Assembly (NCBI GenBank): GCA_964016885.1
Contig: OZ024741.1
Coordinates: forward strand, 131,006,001 to 131,070,000
Direction of reading: 5' to 3'
Source of the DNA: Eledone cirrhosa
Lineage: Eukaryota
Length of the DNA stretch: 64,000 nucleotides
The position numbers and the translations under genes are program-made. Below are positions 29,701 through 43,859 of the stretch, piece by piece (the first letter of the stretch is position 1; the number at the start of each line of letters is the position of its first letter). Under the pieces are notes generated by a model that had not been told where the DNA came from, searched no databases, and saw only the letters and a program-made list of their open reading frames with translations.

Positions 29701-32700
29701 AACTAGGGTTGGAAGCAGTGAACATATAACTTTACACATCATATTTGTCTGTTTAACTAGGGTTGGAAGCGGTGAACATATAACTTTACACATCACATTT
29801 GTCTGTGTAACTAGGGTTGGAAGCAGTGAACATATAATTTTACACATCATATTTGTCTGCGTAACTCGGGTTGGAAGCGGTGAACATATAACTTTACACA
29901 TCATATTTGTCTGTGTAACTAGGGTTGGAAGCAGTGAACATAGAACTTTACACGTCATATTTGTCTGTGTAACTAGGGTTGGAAGCAGTGAACATATAAC
30001 TTCACACATCATAATTGTCTGTGTAACTAGGGTTGGAAGCGGTGAACATATAACTTTACACATCATATTTGTCTGTGGAACTAGGGTTCGAAGCGGTGAA
30101 CATATAACTTTACACATCATATTTGTCTGTGTAACTAGGGTTGGAAGCGGTGAACATATAACTTTACACATCATAGTTGTCTGTGTAACTAGAGTTGGAA
30201 GCAGTGAACATATAACTTTACACATCATATATGTCTGTGTAACTAGGGTTGGAAGCGGTGCACATATAACTTTACACATCATATTTGTCTGTGTAACTAG
30301 GGTTGGAAGCAGTGAACATATAACTTTACACATCATATTTGTCTGTGTAACTAGGGTTGGAAGCAGTGAATATATAACTTTGCACATCATATTTGTCTGT
30401 GTAACTAGGGTTGGAAGCAGTGAACATATAACTTTACACATCATATTTGTCTGTGTAACTAGGATTGGAAGCGGTGAATATATAACTTCACACATCATAT
30501 TTGTCTGTGTAACTAGGTTGGAAGCAGTGAACATATAACTTCACACATCATATTTGTCTGTATAACTAGGGTTGGAAGCGGTGAACATATAACTTTACAC
30601 ATCATATTTGTCTGTGTAACTAGGGTTGGAAGCAGTGAACATATAACTTTACACATCATATTTGTCTGAGTAACTAGGGTTGGAAGCAGTGAACATATAA
30701 CTTTACACATCATATTTGTCTGTGTAACTAGGGTTGGAAGCGGTGAACATATAACTTTACACATCATATTTGTCTGTGTAACTAGGGTTGGAAGCCGTGA
30801 ACATATAATTTAACACATCATATTTGTCTGTGTAACTAGGGTTGGAAGCGGTGAACATATAACTTTGCACATCATATTTGTCTGTGTAACTAGGGTTGGA
30901 AGCAGTGAACATATAACTTTACAAATCATATTTGTCTGTGTAACTAGGGTTGGAAGCAGTGAACACACAACTTTACACATCATATTTGTCTATGTAACTA
31001 GGGTTGGAAGCAGTGAACATATAACTTTACACATCATATTTGTCTGTGTAACTAGGGTTGGAAGCGGTGAACATATAACTTTACATATCATATTTGTCTG
31101 TGTAACTAGGGTTGGAAGCGGTGAACATATAACTTTACACATCATATTTGTCTGTGTAACTAGGGTTGGAAGCAGTGAACATATAACTTTACACATCATA
31201 TTTGTCTGTGTAACTAGGGTTGGAAGCGGTGAACATATAATTTTACACATCATATTTGTCTGTGTAACTAGGTTTGGAAGCAGTGAACATATAACTTTAC
31301 ACATCATATTTGTCTGTGTAACTAGGGTTGGAAGCAGTGAACATACAACTTTACACAACCTATTTGTCTGTGTAACTTGGGTTGGATACAGTGAACATAT
31401 AAATTTACACATCATATTTGTCTGTGTAACTAGGGTTGGAAGCAGTGAACATATAACTTTACACATCATATTTGTCTGTGTAACTAGGGTTGCAAGCGGT
31501 GAACATATAACTTTACACATCATATTTGTCTCTCTAACTAGGTTTGAAAGCAGTGAACATATAAATTTACACATCATATTTGTCTGTGTAACTAGGTTTG
31601 GAAGCAGTGAACATATAACTTTACACATCATATTTGTCTGTGTAACTAGGGTTGGAAGCAGTGAACATACAACTTTACACAACCTATTTGTCTGTGTAAC
31701 TAGGGTTGTAAACAGTGAACATATAAATTTACAAATCATATTTGTCTGTGTAACTAGGGTTGGAAGCAGTGAACATATAACTTTACACATCATATTTGTC
31801 TGTGTAACTAGGGTTGGAAGCAGTGAACATATAACTTTACACATCATATTCGTCTGTGTAACTAGGGTTGGAAGCAGTTAACATACAACTTTACACATCA
31901 TATTTGTCTGTGTAACTAGGGTTGGAAGCAGTGAACATACAACTTTACACATCATATTTGTCTGTGTAACTAGGGTTGGAAGCAGTGAACATACAACGTT
32001 ACACATCATATTTGTCTGTGTAACTAGGGTTGGAAGCAGTGAACATATAACTTTACACATCATATTTGTCTGCAGAACTAGGGTTGGAAGCAGTGAACAT
32101 ACAACTTTACACATCATATTTGTCTGTGTAACTAGGGTTGGAAGCGGTGAAAATATAACTTTACACATCATATGTGTCTGTGGAACTAGGGTTCGAAGCG
32201 GTGAACATATAACTTTACACATCATATTTGTCTGTGTAACTAGGGTTGGAAGCGGTGAACATATAACTTTACACATCATAGTTGTCTGTGTAACTAGAGT
32301 TGGAAGCAGTGAATATATAACTTTACACATCATATTTGTCTGTGTAACTAGGTTTGGAAGCGGTGAACATATAACTTTACACATCATATTTGTCTGTGTA
32401 ACTAGGGTTGGAAGCAGTGAACATATAACTTTGCACATCATATTTGTCTGTGTAACTAGGGTTGGAAGCAGTGAATATATAACTTTACACATCATATTTG
32501 TCTGTGTAACTAGGGTTGGAAGCAGTGAACATATAACTTTACACATCATATTTGTCTGTGTAACTAGGGTTGGAAGCAGTGAACATATAACTTTACACAT
32601 CATATTTGTCTGTGTAACTAGGGTTGGAAGCAGTGAACATATAACTTTACACATCATATTTGTCTGTGTAACTAGGGTTGGAAGCAGTGAACATATAACT

Positions 32701-34780
32701 TTACACATCATATTTGTCTGTGTAACTAGGGTTGGAAGCAGTGAACATATAACTTTACACAACATATTTGTCTGTGTAACTAGGGTTGGAAGCAGTGAAC
32801 ATATAACTTTACACATCATATTTGTCTGTGTAACTAGGGTTGGAAGCGGTGAACATATAACTTTACACATCATATTTGTCTGTGTAACTAGAGTTGGAAG
32901 CAGTGAACATATAACTTTACACATCATATTTGTCTATGTAACTAGGGTTGGAATTAGTGAACATATAACTTTACACATCATATTTGTCTGTGTAACTAGG
33001 GTTGGAAGCAGTGAACATATAACTTTACACATCATATTTGTCTGTGTAATTAGGGTTGGAAGCAGTGAACATATAACTTTACACATCATATTTGTCTGTG
33101 TAACTAGGGTTGGAAGCAGTGAACATATAACTTTACACATCATATTTGTCTGTGTAACTAGGGTTGGAAGCAGTGAACATATAACTTTACACATCATATT
33201 TGTCTGTGTAACTAGGGTTGGAAGCAGTGAACATATAACTTTACACATCATATTTGTCTGGGTAACTAGGGTTGGAAGCACTGAACATATAACTTTACAC
33301 ATCATATTTGTCTATGTAACTAGGGTTGGAAGCAGTGAACATATAACTTTACACATCATATTTGTCTGTGTAACTAGGGTTGGAAGCGGTGAACATATAA
33401 CTTTACACATCACATTTGTCTGTGTAACTAGGGTTGGAAGCGGTGAACATATAACTTTACACATCATATTTGTCTGTGTAACTAGGGTTGGAAGCAGTGA
33501 ACATATAACTTTACACATCATATTTGTCTGTGTAACTAGGGTTGGAAGCGGTGAACATATAATTTTAAACATCATATTTGTCTGTGTAACTAGGTTTGGA
33601 AGCAGTGAACATATAACTTTACACATCATATTTGTCTGTGTAACTAGGGTTGGAAGCAGTGAACATACAACTTTACACAACCTATTTGTCTGTGTAACTA
33701 GGGTTGGAAACAGTGAACATATAAATTTACACATCATATTTGTCTGTGTAACTAGGGTTGGAAGCAGTGAACATACAATTTTACACAACCTATTTGTCTG
33801 TGTAACTAGGGTTGGAAACAGTGAACATATAAATTTACACATCATATTTGTCTGTGTAACTAGGGTTGGAAGCAGTAAACATATAACTTTACACATCATA
33901 TTTGTCTGTGTAACTAGGGTTGGAAGCAGTGAACATATAACTTTACACATCATATTTGTCTGTGTAACTAGGGTTGGAAGCAGTGAACATATAACTTTAC
34001 ACATCATATTTGTCTGTGTAACTAGGGTTGGAAGCAGTGAACATATAACTTTACACATCATATTTGTCTGTGTAACTAGGGTTGGAAGCCGTGAACATAT
34101 AACTTTACACATCATATTTGTCTGTGTAACTAGGGTTGAAAGCAGTGAACATATAACTTTACACATCATATTTGTCTATGTAACTAGGGTTGGAATTAGT
34201 GAACATATAACTTTACATATCATATTTGTCTGTGTAACTAGGGTTGGAAGCAGTGAACATATAACTTTACACATCATATTTGTCTGTGTAACTAGGGTTG
34301 GAAGCGGTGAACATATAACTTTACACATCATATTTGTCTGTGTAACTAGGGTTGGAAGCAGTGAACATATTACTTTACACATCATATTTGTCTGTGTAAC
34401 TAGGGTTGGAAGCGGTGAACATATAACTTTACACATCATATTTGTCTGTGTAACTAGGTTTGGAAGCAGTGAACATATTACTTTACACATCATATTTGTC
34501 TGTGTAACTAGGGTTGGAAGCAGTGAACATACAACTTTACACAACCTATTTGTCTGTGTAACTAGGGTTGTAAACAGTGAACATATAAATTTACACATCA
34601 TATTTGTCTGTGTAACTAGGGTTGGAAGCAGTGAACATATAACTTTACACATCATATTTGTCTGTGTAACTAGGGTTGGAAGCAGTGAACATATAACTTT
34701 ACACATCATATTTGTCTGTGTAACTAGGGTTGGAAGCAGTGAACATACAACTTTACACATCATATTTGTCTGTGTAACTA
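24245..34780. repeat. ~5.3 kb segmental duplication (offset 99, then 97, then 96 monomers)
   Basis: 25168/30513 (5345 bp), 27697/32934 and 28075/33312 (5237 bp), 28993/34176 (5183 bp). Private variants AATTAGGG and CTGGGTAAC are present in both copies. Confidence 0.88.
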
Positions 34781-36569
34781 GAGTTGGAAGCAGTGAACAT
34801 ATAAGTTTACACATCATATTTGTCTGCAGAACTAGGGTTGGAAGCAGTGAACATATTACTTCACACATCATAATTGTCTGTGTAACTAGGGTTGGAAGCG
34901 GTGAACATATAACTTTACACATCATATTTGTCTGCGGAACTAGGGTTAGAAGCAGTGAACATATAACTTCACACATCATATTTGTCTGTGTAACTAGGGT
35001 TGGAAGCAGTGAACATATAACTTTACACATCATATTTGTCTGTGTAACTAGGGTTGGAAGCGGTGAACATATAACTTTACACATCATATTTGTCTGTGTA
35101 ACTAGGGTTGGAAGCAGTGAACATATAACTTTACACATCATATTTGTCTGTGTAACTAGGGTTGGAAGCAGTGAACATATAACTTTACACATCATATTTG
35201 TCTGTGTAACTAGGGTTGGAAGCAGTGAACATATAACTTTACACATCACATTTGTCTGTGTAACTAGGGTTGGAAGCAGTGAACATATAATTTTACACAT
35301 CATATTTGTCTGCGTAACTCGGGTTGGAAGCGGTGAAGATATAACTTTACACATCATATTTGTCTGTGGAACTAGGGTTGGAAGCGGTGAACATATAACT
35401 TTACACATCATATTTGTCTGTGTAACTAGGGTTGGAAGCGGTGAACATATAACTTTACACATCATATTTGTCTGTGTAACTAGGGTTGGAAGCGGTGAAC
35501 ATATAACTTTACACATCATATTTGTCTGTGTAACTAGGGTTGGAAGCAGTGAACATATAACTTTACACATCATATTTGTCTGTGTAACTAGGGTTGGAAG
35601 CAGTGAACATATAACTTTACACATCACATTTGTCTGTGTAACTAGGGTTGGAAGCAGTGAACATATAATTTTACACATCATATTTGTCTGCGTAACTCGG
35701 GTTGGAAGCGGTGAACATATAACTTTACACATCATATTTGTCTGTGGAACTAGGGTTGGAAGCAGTGAACATATAACTTTACACATCATATATGTGTGTG
35801 TAACTCGGGTTGGAAGCGGTGAAAATATAACTTTACACATCATATGTGTCTGTGGAACTAGGGTTCGAAGCGGTGAACATATAACTTAACACATCATATT
35901 TGTCTGTGTAACTAGGGTTGGAAGCAGTGAACATATAACTTTACACATCATATTTGTCTGAGTAACTAGGGTTGGAAGCAGTGAACATATAACTTTACAC
36001 ATCATATTTGTCTGTGTAACTAGGGTTGGAAGCGGTGAACATATAACTTTACACATCATATTTGTCTGTGTAACTAGGGTTGGAAGCCGTGAACATATAA
36101 TTTAACACATCATATTTGTCTGTGTAACTAGGGTTGGAAGCGGTGAACATATAACTTTACACATCATATTTGTCTGTGTAACTAGGGTTGGAAGCAGTGA
36201 ACATATAACTTTACAAATCATATTTGTCTGTGTAACTAGGGTTGGAAGCAGTGAACACACAACTTTACACATCATATTTGTCTATGTAACTAGGGTTGGA
36301 AGCAGTGAACATATAACTTTACACATCATATTTGTCTGTGTAACTAGGGTTGGAAGCGGTGAACATATAACTTTACATATCATATTTGTCTGTGTAACTA
36401 GGGTTGGAAGCGGTGAACATATAACTTTACACATCATATTTGTCTGTGTAACTAGGGTTGGAAGCAGTGAACATATAACTTTACACATCATATTTGTCTG
36501 TGTAACTAGGGTTGGAAGCGGTGAACATATAATTTTACACATCATATTTGTCTGTGTAACTAGGTTTGG

Positions 36570-39500
36570 AAGCAGTGAACATATAACTTTACACATCATA
36601 TTTGTCTGTGTAACTAGGGTTGGAAGCAGTGAACATACAACTTTACACAACCTATTTGTCTGTGTAACTTGGGTTGGAAACAGTGAACATATAAATTTAC
36701 ACATCATATTTATCTGTGTAACTAGGGTTGGAAGCAGTGAACATATAACTTTACACATCATATTTGTCTGTGTAACTAGGGTTGCAAGCGGTGAACATAT
36801 AACTTTACGCATCATATTTGACTCTCTAACTAGGTTTGAAAGCAGTGAACATATAAATTTACACATCATATTTGTCTGTGTAACTAGGGTTGGAAGCAGT
36901 GAACATATAACTTTACACATCATATTTGTCTGTGTAACTAGGGTTGGAAGCGGTGAACATATAACTTTACACATCATATTTGTCTGTGTAACTAGGTTTG
37001 GAAGCAGTGAACATATAACTTTACACATCATATGTGTCTGTGTAACTAGGGTTGGAAGCAGTGAACATACAACTTTACACAACCTATTTGTCTGTGTAAC
37101 TAGGGTTGTAAACAGTGAACATATAAATTTACAAATCATATTTGTCTGTGTAACTAGGGTTGGAAGCAGTGAACATATAACTTTACACATCATATTTGTC
37201 TGTGTAACTAGGGTTGGAAGCAGTGAACATATAACTTTACATATCATATTTGTCTGTGTAACTAGGGTTGGAAGCGGTGAACATATAACTTTACACATCA
37301 TATTTGTCTGTTTAACTAGGGTTGGAAGCAGTGAACATATAACTTTACACATCATATTTGTCTGTGTAACTAGGGTTGGAAGCGGTGAACATATAATTTT
37401 ACACATCATATTTGTCTGTGTAACTAGGTTTGGATGCAGTGAACATATAACTTTGCACATCATATTTGTCTGTGTAACTAGGGTTGGAAGCAGTGAACAT
37501 ACAACTTTACACAACCTATTTGTCTGTGTAACTTGGGTTGGAAACAGTGAACATATAAATTTACACATCATATTTGTCTGTGTAACTAGGGTTGGAAGCA
37601 GTGAACATATAACTTTACACATCATATTTGTCTGTGTAACTAGGGTTGCAAGCGGTGAACATATAACTTTACACATCATATTTGACTCTCTAACTAGGTT
37701 TGAAAGCAGTGAACATATAAATTTACACATCATATTTGTCTGTGTAACTAGGGTTGGAAGCAGTGAACATATAACTTTACACATCATATTTGTCTGTGTA
37801 ACTAGGGTTGGAAGCGGTGAACATATAACTTTACACATCATATTTGTCTGTGTAACTAGGTTTGGAAGCAGTGAACATATAACTTTACACATCATATGTG
37901 TCTGTGTAACTAGGGTTGGAAGCAGTGAACATACAACTTTACACAACCTATTTGTCTGTGTAACTAGGGTTGTAAACAGTGAACATATAAATTTACAAAT
38001 CATATTTCTCTGTGTAACTAGGGTTGGAAGCAGTGAACATATAACTTTACACATCATATTTGTCTGTGTAACTAGGGTTGGAAGCAGTGAACATATAACT
38101 TTACACATCATATTTGTCTGTGTAACTAGGGTTGGAAGCAGTGAACATACAACTTTACACATCATATTTGTCTGTGTAACTAGGGTTGGAAGCAGTGAAC
38201 ATACAACTTTACACATCATATTTGTCTGTGTAACTAGGGTTGGAAGCAGTGAACATACAACTTTACACATCATATTTGTCTGTGTAACTAGGGTTGGAAG
38301 CAGTGAACATATAACTTTACACATCATATTTGTCTGCAGAACTAGGGTTGGAAGCAGTGAACATACAACTTTACACATCATATTTGTCTGTGTAACTAGG
38401 GTTGGAAGCGGTGAAAATATAACTTTACACATCATATGTGTCTGTGGAACTAGGGTTCGAAGCGGTGAACATATAACTTTACACATCATATTTGTCTGTG
38501 TAACTAGGGTTGGAAGCAGTGAACATATAACTTAACACATCATATTTGTCTGTGTAACTAGGGTTGGAAGCGGTGAACATATAACTTTACACATCATAGT
38601 TGTCTGTGTAACTAGAGTTGGAAGCAGTGAATATATAACTTTACACATCATATTTGTCTGTGTAACTAGGGTTGGAAGCGGTGAACATATAACTTTACAC
38701 ATCATATTTGTCTGTGTAACTAGGGTTGGAAGCAGTGAACATATAACTTTACACATCATACTTGTCTGTGTAACTAGGGTTGGAAGCAGTGAACATATAA
38801 CTTTACACATCATATTTGTCTGTGTAACTAGGGTTGGAAGCAGTGAACATATAACTTTACACATCATATTTGTCTGTGTAACTAGGGTTGGAAGCAGTGA
38901 ACATATAACTTTACACATCATATTTGTCTGTGTAACTAGGGTTGGAAGCAGTGAACATACAACTTTACACAACCTATTTGTCTGTGTAACTTGGGTTGGA
39001 AACAGTGAACATATAAATTTACACATCATATTTGTCTGTGTAACTAGGGTTGGAAGCAGTGAACATATAACTTTACACATCATATTTGTCTGTGTAACTA
39101 GGGTTGCAAGCGGTGAACATATAACTTTACACATCATATTTGACTCTCTAACTAGGTTTGAAAGCAGTGAACATATAAATTTACACATCATATTTGTCTG
39201 TGTAACTAGGGTTGGAAGCAGTGAACATATAACTTTACACATCATATTTGTCTGTGTAACTAGGGTTGGAAGCGGTGAACATATAACTTTACACATCATA
39301 TTTGTCTGTGTAACTAGGTTTGGAAGCAGTGAACATATAACTTTACACATCATATGTGTCTGTGTAACTAGGGTTGGAAGCAGTGAACATACAACTTTAC
39401 ACAACCTATTTGTCTGTGTAACTAGGGTTGTAAACAGTGAACATATAAATTTACAAATCATATTTGTCTGTGTAACTAGGGTTGGAAGCAGTGAACATAT

Positions 39501-41210
39501 AACTTTACACATCATATTTGTCTGTGTAACTAGGGTTGGAAGCAGTGAACATATAACTTTACATATCATATTTGTCTGTGTAACTAGGGTTGGAAGCGGT
39601 GAACATATAACTTTACACATCATATTTGTCTGTTTAACTAGGGTTGGAAGCAGTGAACATATAACTTTACACATCATATTTGTCTGTGTAACTAGGGTTG
39701 GAAGCGGTGAACATATAATTTTACACATCATATTTGTCTGTGTAACTAGGTTTGGATGCAGTGAACATATAACTTTACACATCATATTTGTCTGTGTAAC
39801 TAGGGTTGGAAGCAGTGAACATACAACTTTACACAACCTATTTGTCTGTGTAACTTGGGTTGGAAACAGTGAACATATAAATTTACACATCATATTTGTC
39901 TGTGTAACTAGGGTTGGAAGCAGTGAACATATAACTTTACACATCATATTTGTCTGTGTAACTAGGGTTGCAAGCGGTGAACATATAACTTTACACATCA
40001 TATTTGACTCTCTAACTAGGTTTGAAAGCAGTGAACATATAAATTTACACATCATATTTGTCTGTGTAACTAGGGTTGGAAGCAGTGAACATATAACTTT
40101 ACACATCATATTTGTCTGTGTAACTAGGGTTGGAAGCGGTGAACATATAACTTTACACATCATATTTGTCTGTGTAACTAGGTTTGGAAGCAGTGAACAT
40201 ATAACTTTACACATCATATGTGTCTGTGTAACTAGGGTTGAAAGCAGTGAACATACAACTTTACACAACCTATTTGTCTGTGTAACTAGGGTTGTAAACA
40301 GTGAACATATAAATTTACAAATCATATTTCTCTGTGTAACTAGGGTTGGAAGCAGTGAACATATAACTTTACACATCATATTTGTCTGTGTAACTAGGGT
40401 TGGAAGCAGTGAACATATAACTTTACACATCATATTTGTCTGTGTAACTAGGGTTGGAAGCAGTGAACATACAACTTTACACATCATATTTGTCTGTGTA
40501 ACTAGGGTTGGAAGCAGTGAACATACAACTTTACACATCATATTTGTCTGTGTAACTAGGGTTGGAAGCAGTGAACATACAACTTTACACATCATATTTG
40601 TCTGTGTAACTAGGGTTGGAAGCAGTGAACATATAACTTTACACATCATATTTGTCTGCAGAACTAGGGTTGGAAGCAGTGAACATACAACTTTACACAT
40701 CATATTTGTCTGTGTAACTAGGGTTGGAAGCGGTGAAAATATAACTTTACACATCATATGTGTCTGTGGAACTAGGGTTCGAAGCGGTGAACATATAACT
40801 TTACACATCATATTTGTCTGTGTAACTAGGGTTGGAAGCAGTGAACATATAACTTAACACATCATATTTGTCTGTGTAACTAGGGTTGGAAGCGGTGAAC
40901 ATATAACTTTACACATCATAGTTGTCTGTGTAACTAGAGTTGGAAGCAGTGAATATATAACTTTACACATCATATTTGTCTGTGTAACTAGGGTTGGAAG
41001 CGGTGAACATATAACTTTACACATCATATTTGTCTGTGTAACTAGGGTTGGAAGCAGTGAACATATAACTTTACACATCATATTTGTCTGTGTAACTAGG
41101 GTTGGAAGCAGTGAACATATAACTTTACACATCATATTTGTCTGTGTAACTAGGGTTGGAAGCAGTGAACATATAACTTTACACATCATATTTGTCTGTG
41201 TAACTAGGGT
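36570..41210. repeat. 43-monomer (2322 bp) duplication containing a nested 16-monomer (864 bp) duplication
   Basis: GTTGCAAG markers at 36785, 37649, 39107 and 39971 give spacings of 864, 1458 and 864. ORF boundaries 38489/40811 differ by 2322 = 43x54. Confidence 0.9.
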
Positions 41211-43180
41211 TGGAAGCAGTGAACATATAACTTTACACATCATATTTGTCTGTGTAACTAGGGTTGGAAGCAGTGAACATATAACTTTACACAACATATT
41301 TGTCTGTGTAACTAGGGTTGGAAGCAGTGAACATATAACTTTACACATCATATTTGTCTGTGTAACTAGGGTTGGAAGCGGTGAACATATAACTTTACAC
41401 ATCATATTTGTCTGTGTAACTAGAGTTGGAAGCAGTGAACATATAACTTTACACATCATATTTGTCTATGTAACTAGGGTTGGAATTAGTGAACATATAA
41501 CTTTACTCATCATATTTGTCTGTGTAACTAGGGTTGGAAGCAGTGAACATATAACTTTACACATCATATTTGTCTGTGTAACTAGGGTTGGAAGCAGTGA
41601 ACATATAACTTTACACATCATATTTGTCTGTGTAACTAGGGTTGGAAGCAGTGAACATATAACTTTACACATCATATTTGTCTGTGTAACTAGGGTTGGA
41701 AGCAGTGAACATATAACTTTACACATCATATTTGTCTGTGTAACTAGGGTTGGAAGCAGTGAACATATAACTTTACACATCATATTTGTCTGTGTAACTA
41801 GGGTTGGAAGCACTGAACATATAACTCTACACATCATATTTGTCTATGTAACTAGGGTTGGAAGCAGTGAACATATAACTTTACACATCATATTTGTCTG
41901 TGTAACTAGGGTTGGAAGCGGTGAACATATAACTTTACACATCATATTTGTCTGTGTAACTAGGGTTGGAAGCGGTGAACATATAACTTTACACATCATA
42001 TTTGTCTGTGTAACTAGGGTTGGAAGCAGTGAACATACAACTTTACACATCATATTTGTCTGTGTAACTAGGGTTGGAAGCGGTGAACATATAATTTTAA
42101 ACATCATATTTGTCTGTGTAACTAGGGTTGGAAGCAGTGAACATACAACTTTACACATCATATTTGTCTGTGTAACTAAGGTTGGAAGCAGTGAACATAC
42201 AACTTTACACATCATATTTGTCTGTGTAACTAGGGTTGGAAGCAGTGAACATACAACTTTACACATCATATTTGTCTGTGTAACTAGGGTTGGAAGCAGT
42301 GAACATATAACTTTACACATCATATTTGTCTGCAGAACTAGGGTTGGAAGCAGTGAACATACAACTTTACACATCATATTTGTCTGTGTAACTAGGGTTG
42401 GAAGCGGTGAAAATATAACTTTACACATCATATGTGTCTGTGGAACTAGGGTTCGAAGCGGTGAACATATAACTTTACACATCATATTTGTCTGTGTAAC
42501 TAGGGTTGGAAGCAGTGAACATATAACTTAACACATCATATTTGTCTGTGTAACTAGGGTTGGAAGCGGTGAACATATAACTTTACACATCATAGTTGTC
42601 TGTGTAACTAGAGTTGGAAGCAGTGAATATATAACTTTACACATCATATTTGTCTGTGTAACTAGGGTTGGAAGCGGTGAACATATAACTTTACACATCA
42701 TATTTGTCTGTGTAACTAGGGTTGGAAGTAGTGAACATATAACTTTACACATCATATTTGTCTGTGTAACTAGGGTTGGAAGCAGTGAGCATATAACTTT
42801 ACACATCATATTTGTCTGTGTAACTAGGGTTGGAAGCAGTGAACATATAACTTTACACATCATATTTGTCTGTGTAACTAGGGTTGGAAGCAGTGAACAT
42901 ATAACTTTACACATCATATTTGTCTGTGTAACTAGGGTTGGAAGCAGTGAACATATAACTTTACACAACATATTTGTCTGTGTAACTAGGGTTGGAAGCA
43001 GTGAACATATAACTTTACACATCATATTTGTCTGTGTAACTAGGGTTGGAAGCGGTGAACATATAACTTTACACATCATATTTGTCTGTGTAACTAGAGT
43101 TGGAAGCAGTGAACATATAACTTTACACATCATATTTGTCTATGTAACTAGGGTTGGAATTAGTGAACATATAACTTTAC
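40440..43180. repeat. Duplication at 31-monomer (1674 bp) offset
   Basis: TGCAGAACT at 40657 and 42331; ORFs 40854..41459 and 42528..43133 translate identically. Confidence 0.85.
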
Positions 43181-43859
43181 ACATCATATTTGTCTGTGTA
43201 ACTAGGGTTGGAAGCAGTGAACATATAACTTTACACATCATAATTGTCTGTGTAACTAGGGTTGGAAGCAGTGAACATACAACTTTACACAACCTATTTG
43301 TCTGTGTAACTAGGGTTGGAAACAGTGAACATACAATTTTACACAACCTATTTGTCTGTGTAACTAGGGTTGGAAACAGTGAACATATAAATTTACACAT
43401 CATATTTGTCTGTGTAACTAGGGTTGGAAGCAGTAAACATATAACTTTACACATCATATTTGTCTGTGTAACTAGGGTTGGAAGCAGTGAACATATAACT
43501 TTACACATCATATTTGTCTGTGTAACTAGGGTTGGAAGCAGTGAACATATAACTTTACACATCATATTTGTCTGTGTAACTAGGGTTGGAAGCAGTGAAC
43601 ATATAACTTTACACATCATATTTGTCTGTGTAACTAGGGTTGGAAGCCGTGAACATATAACTTTACACATCATATTTGTCTGTGTAACTAGGGTTGGAAG
43701 CAGTGAACACACAACTTTACACATCATATTTGTCTGTGTAACTAGGGTTGGAAGCAGTGAACATATAACTTTACACATCATATTTGTCTATGTAACTAGG
43801 GTTGGAATTAGTGAACATATAACTTTACATATCATATTTGTCTGTGTAACTAGGGTTGG

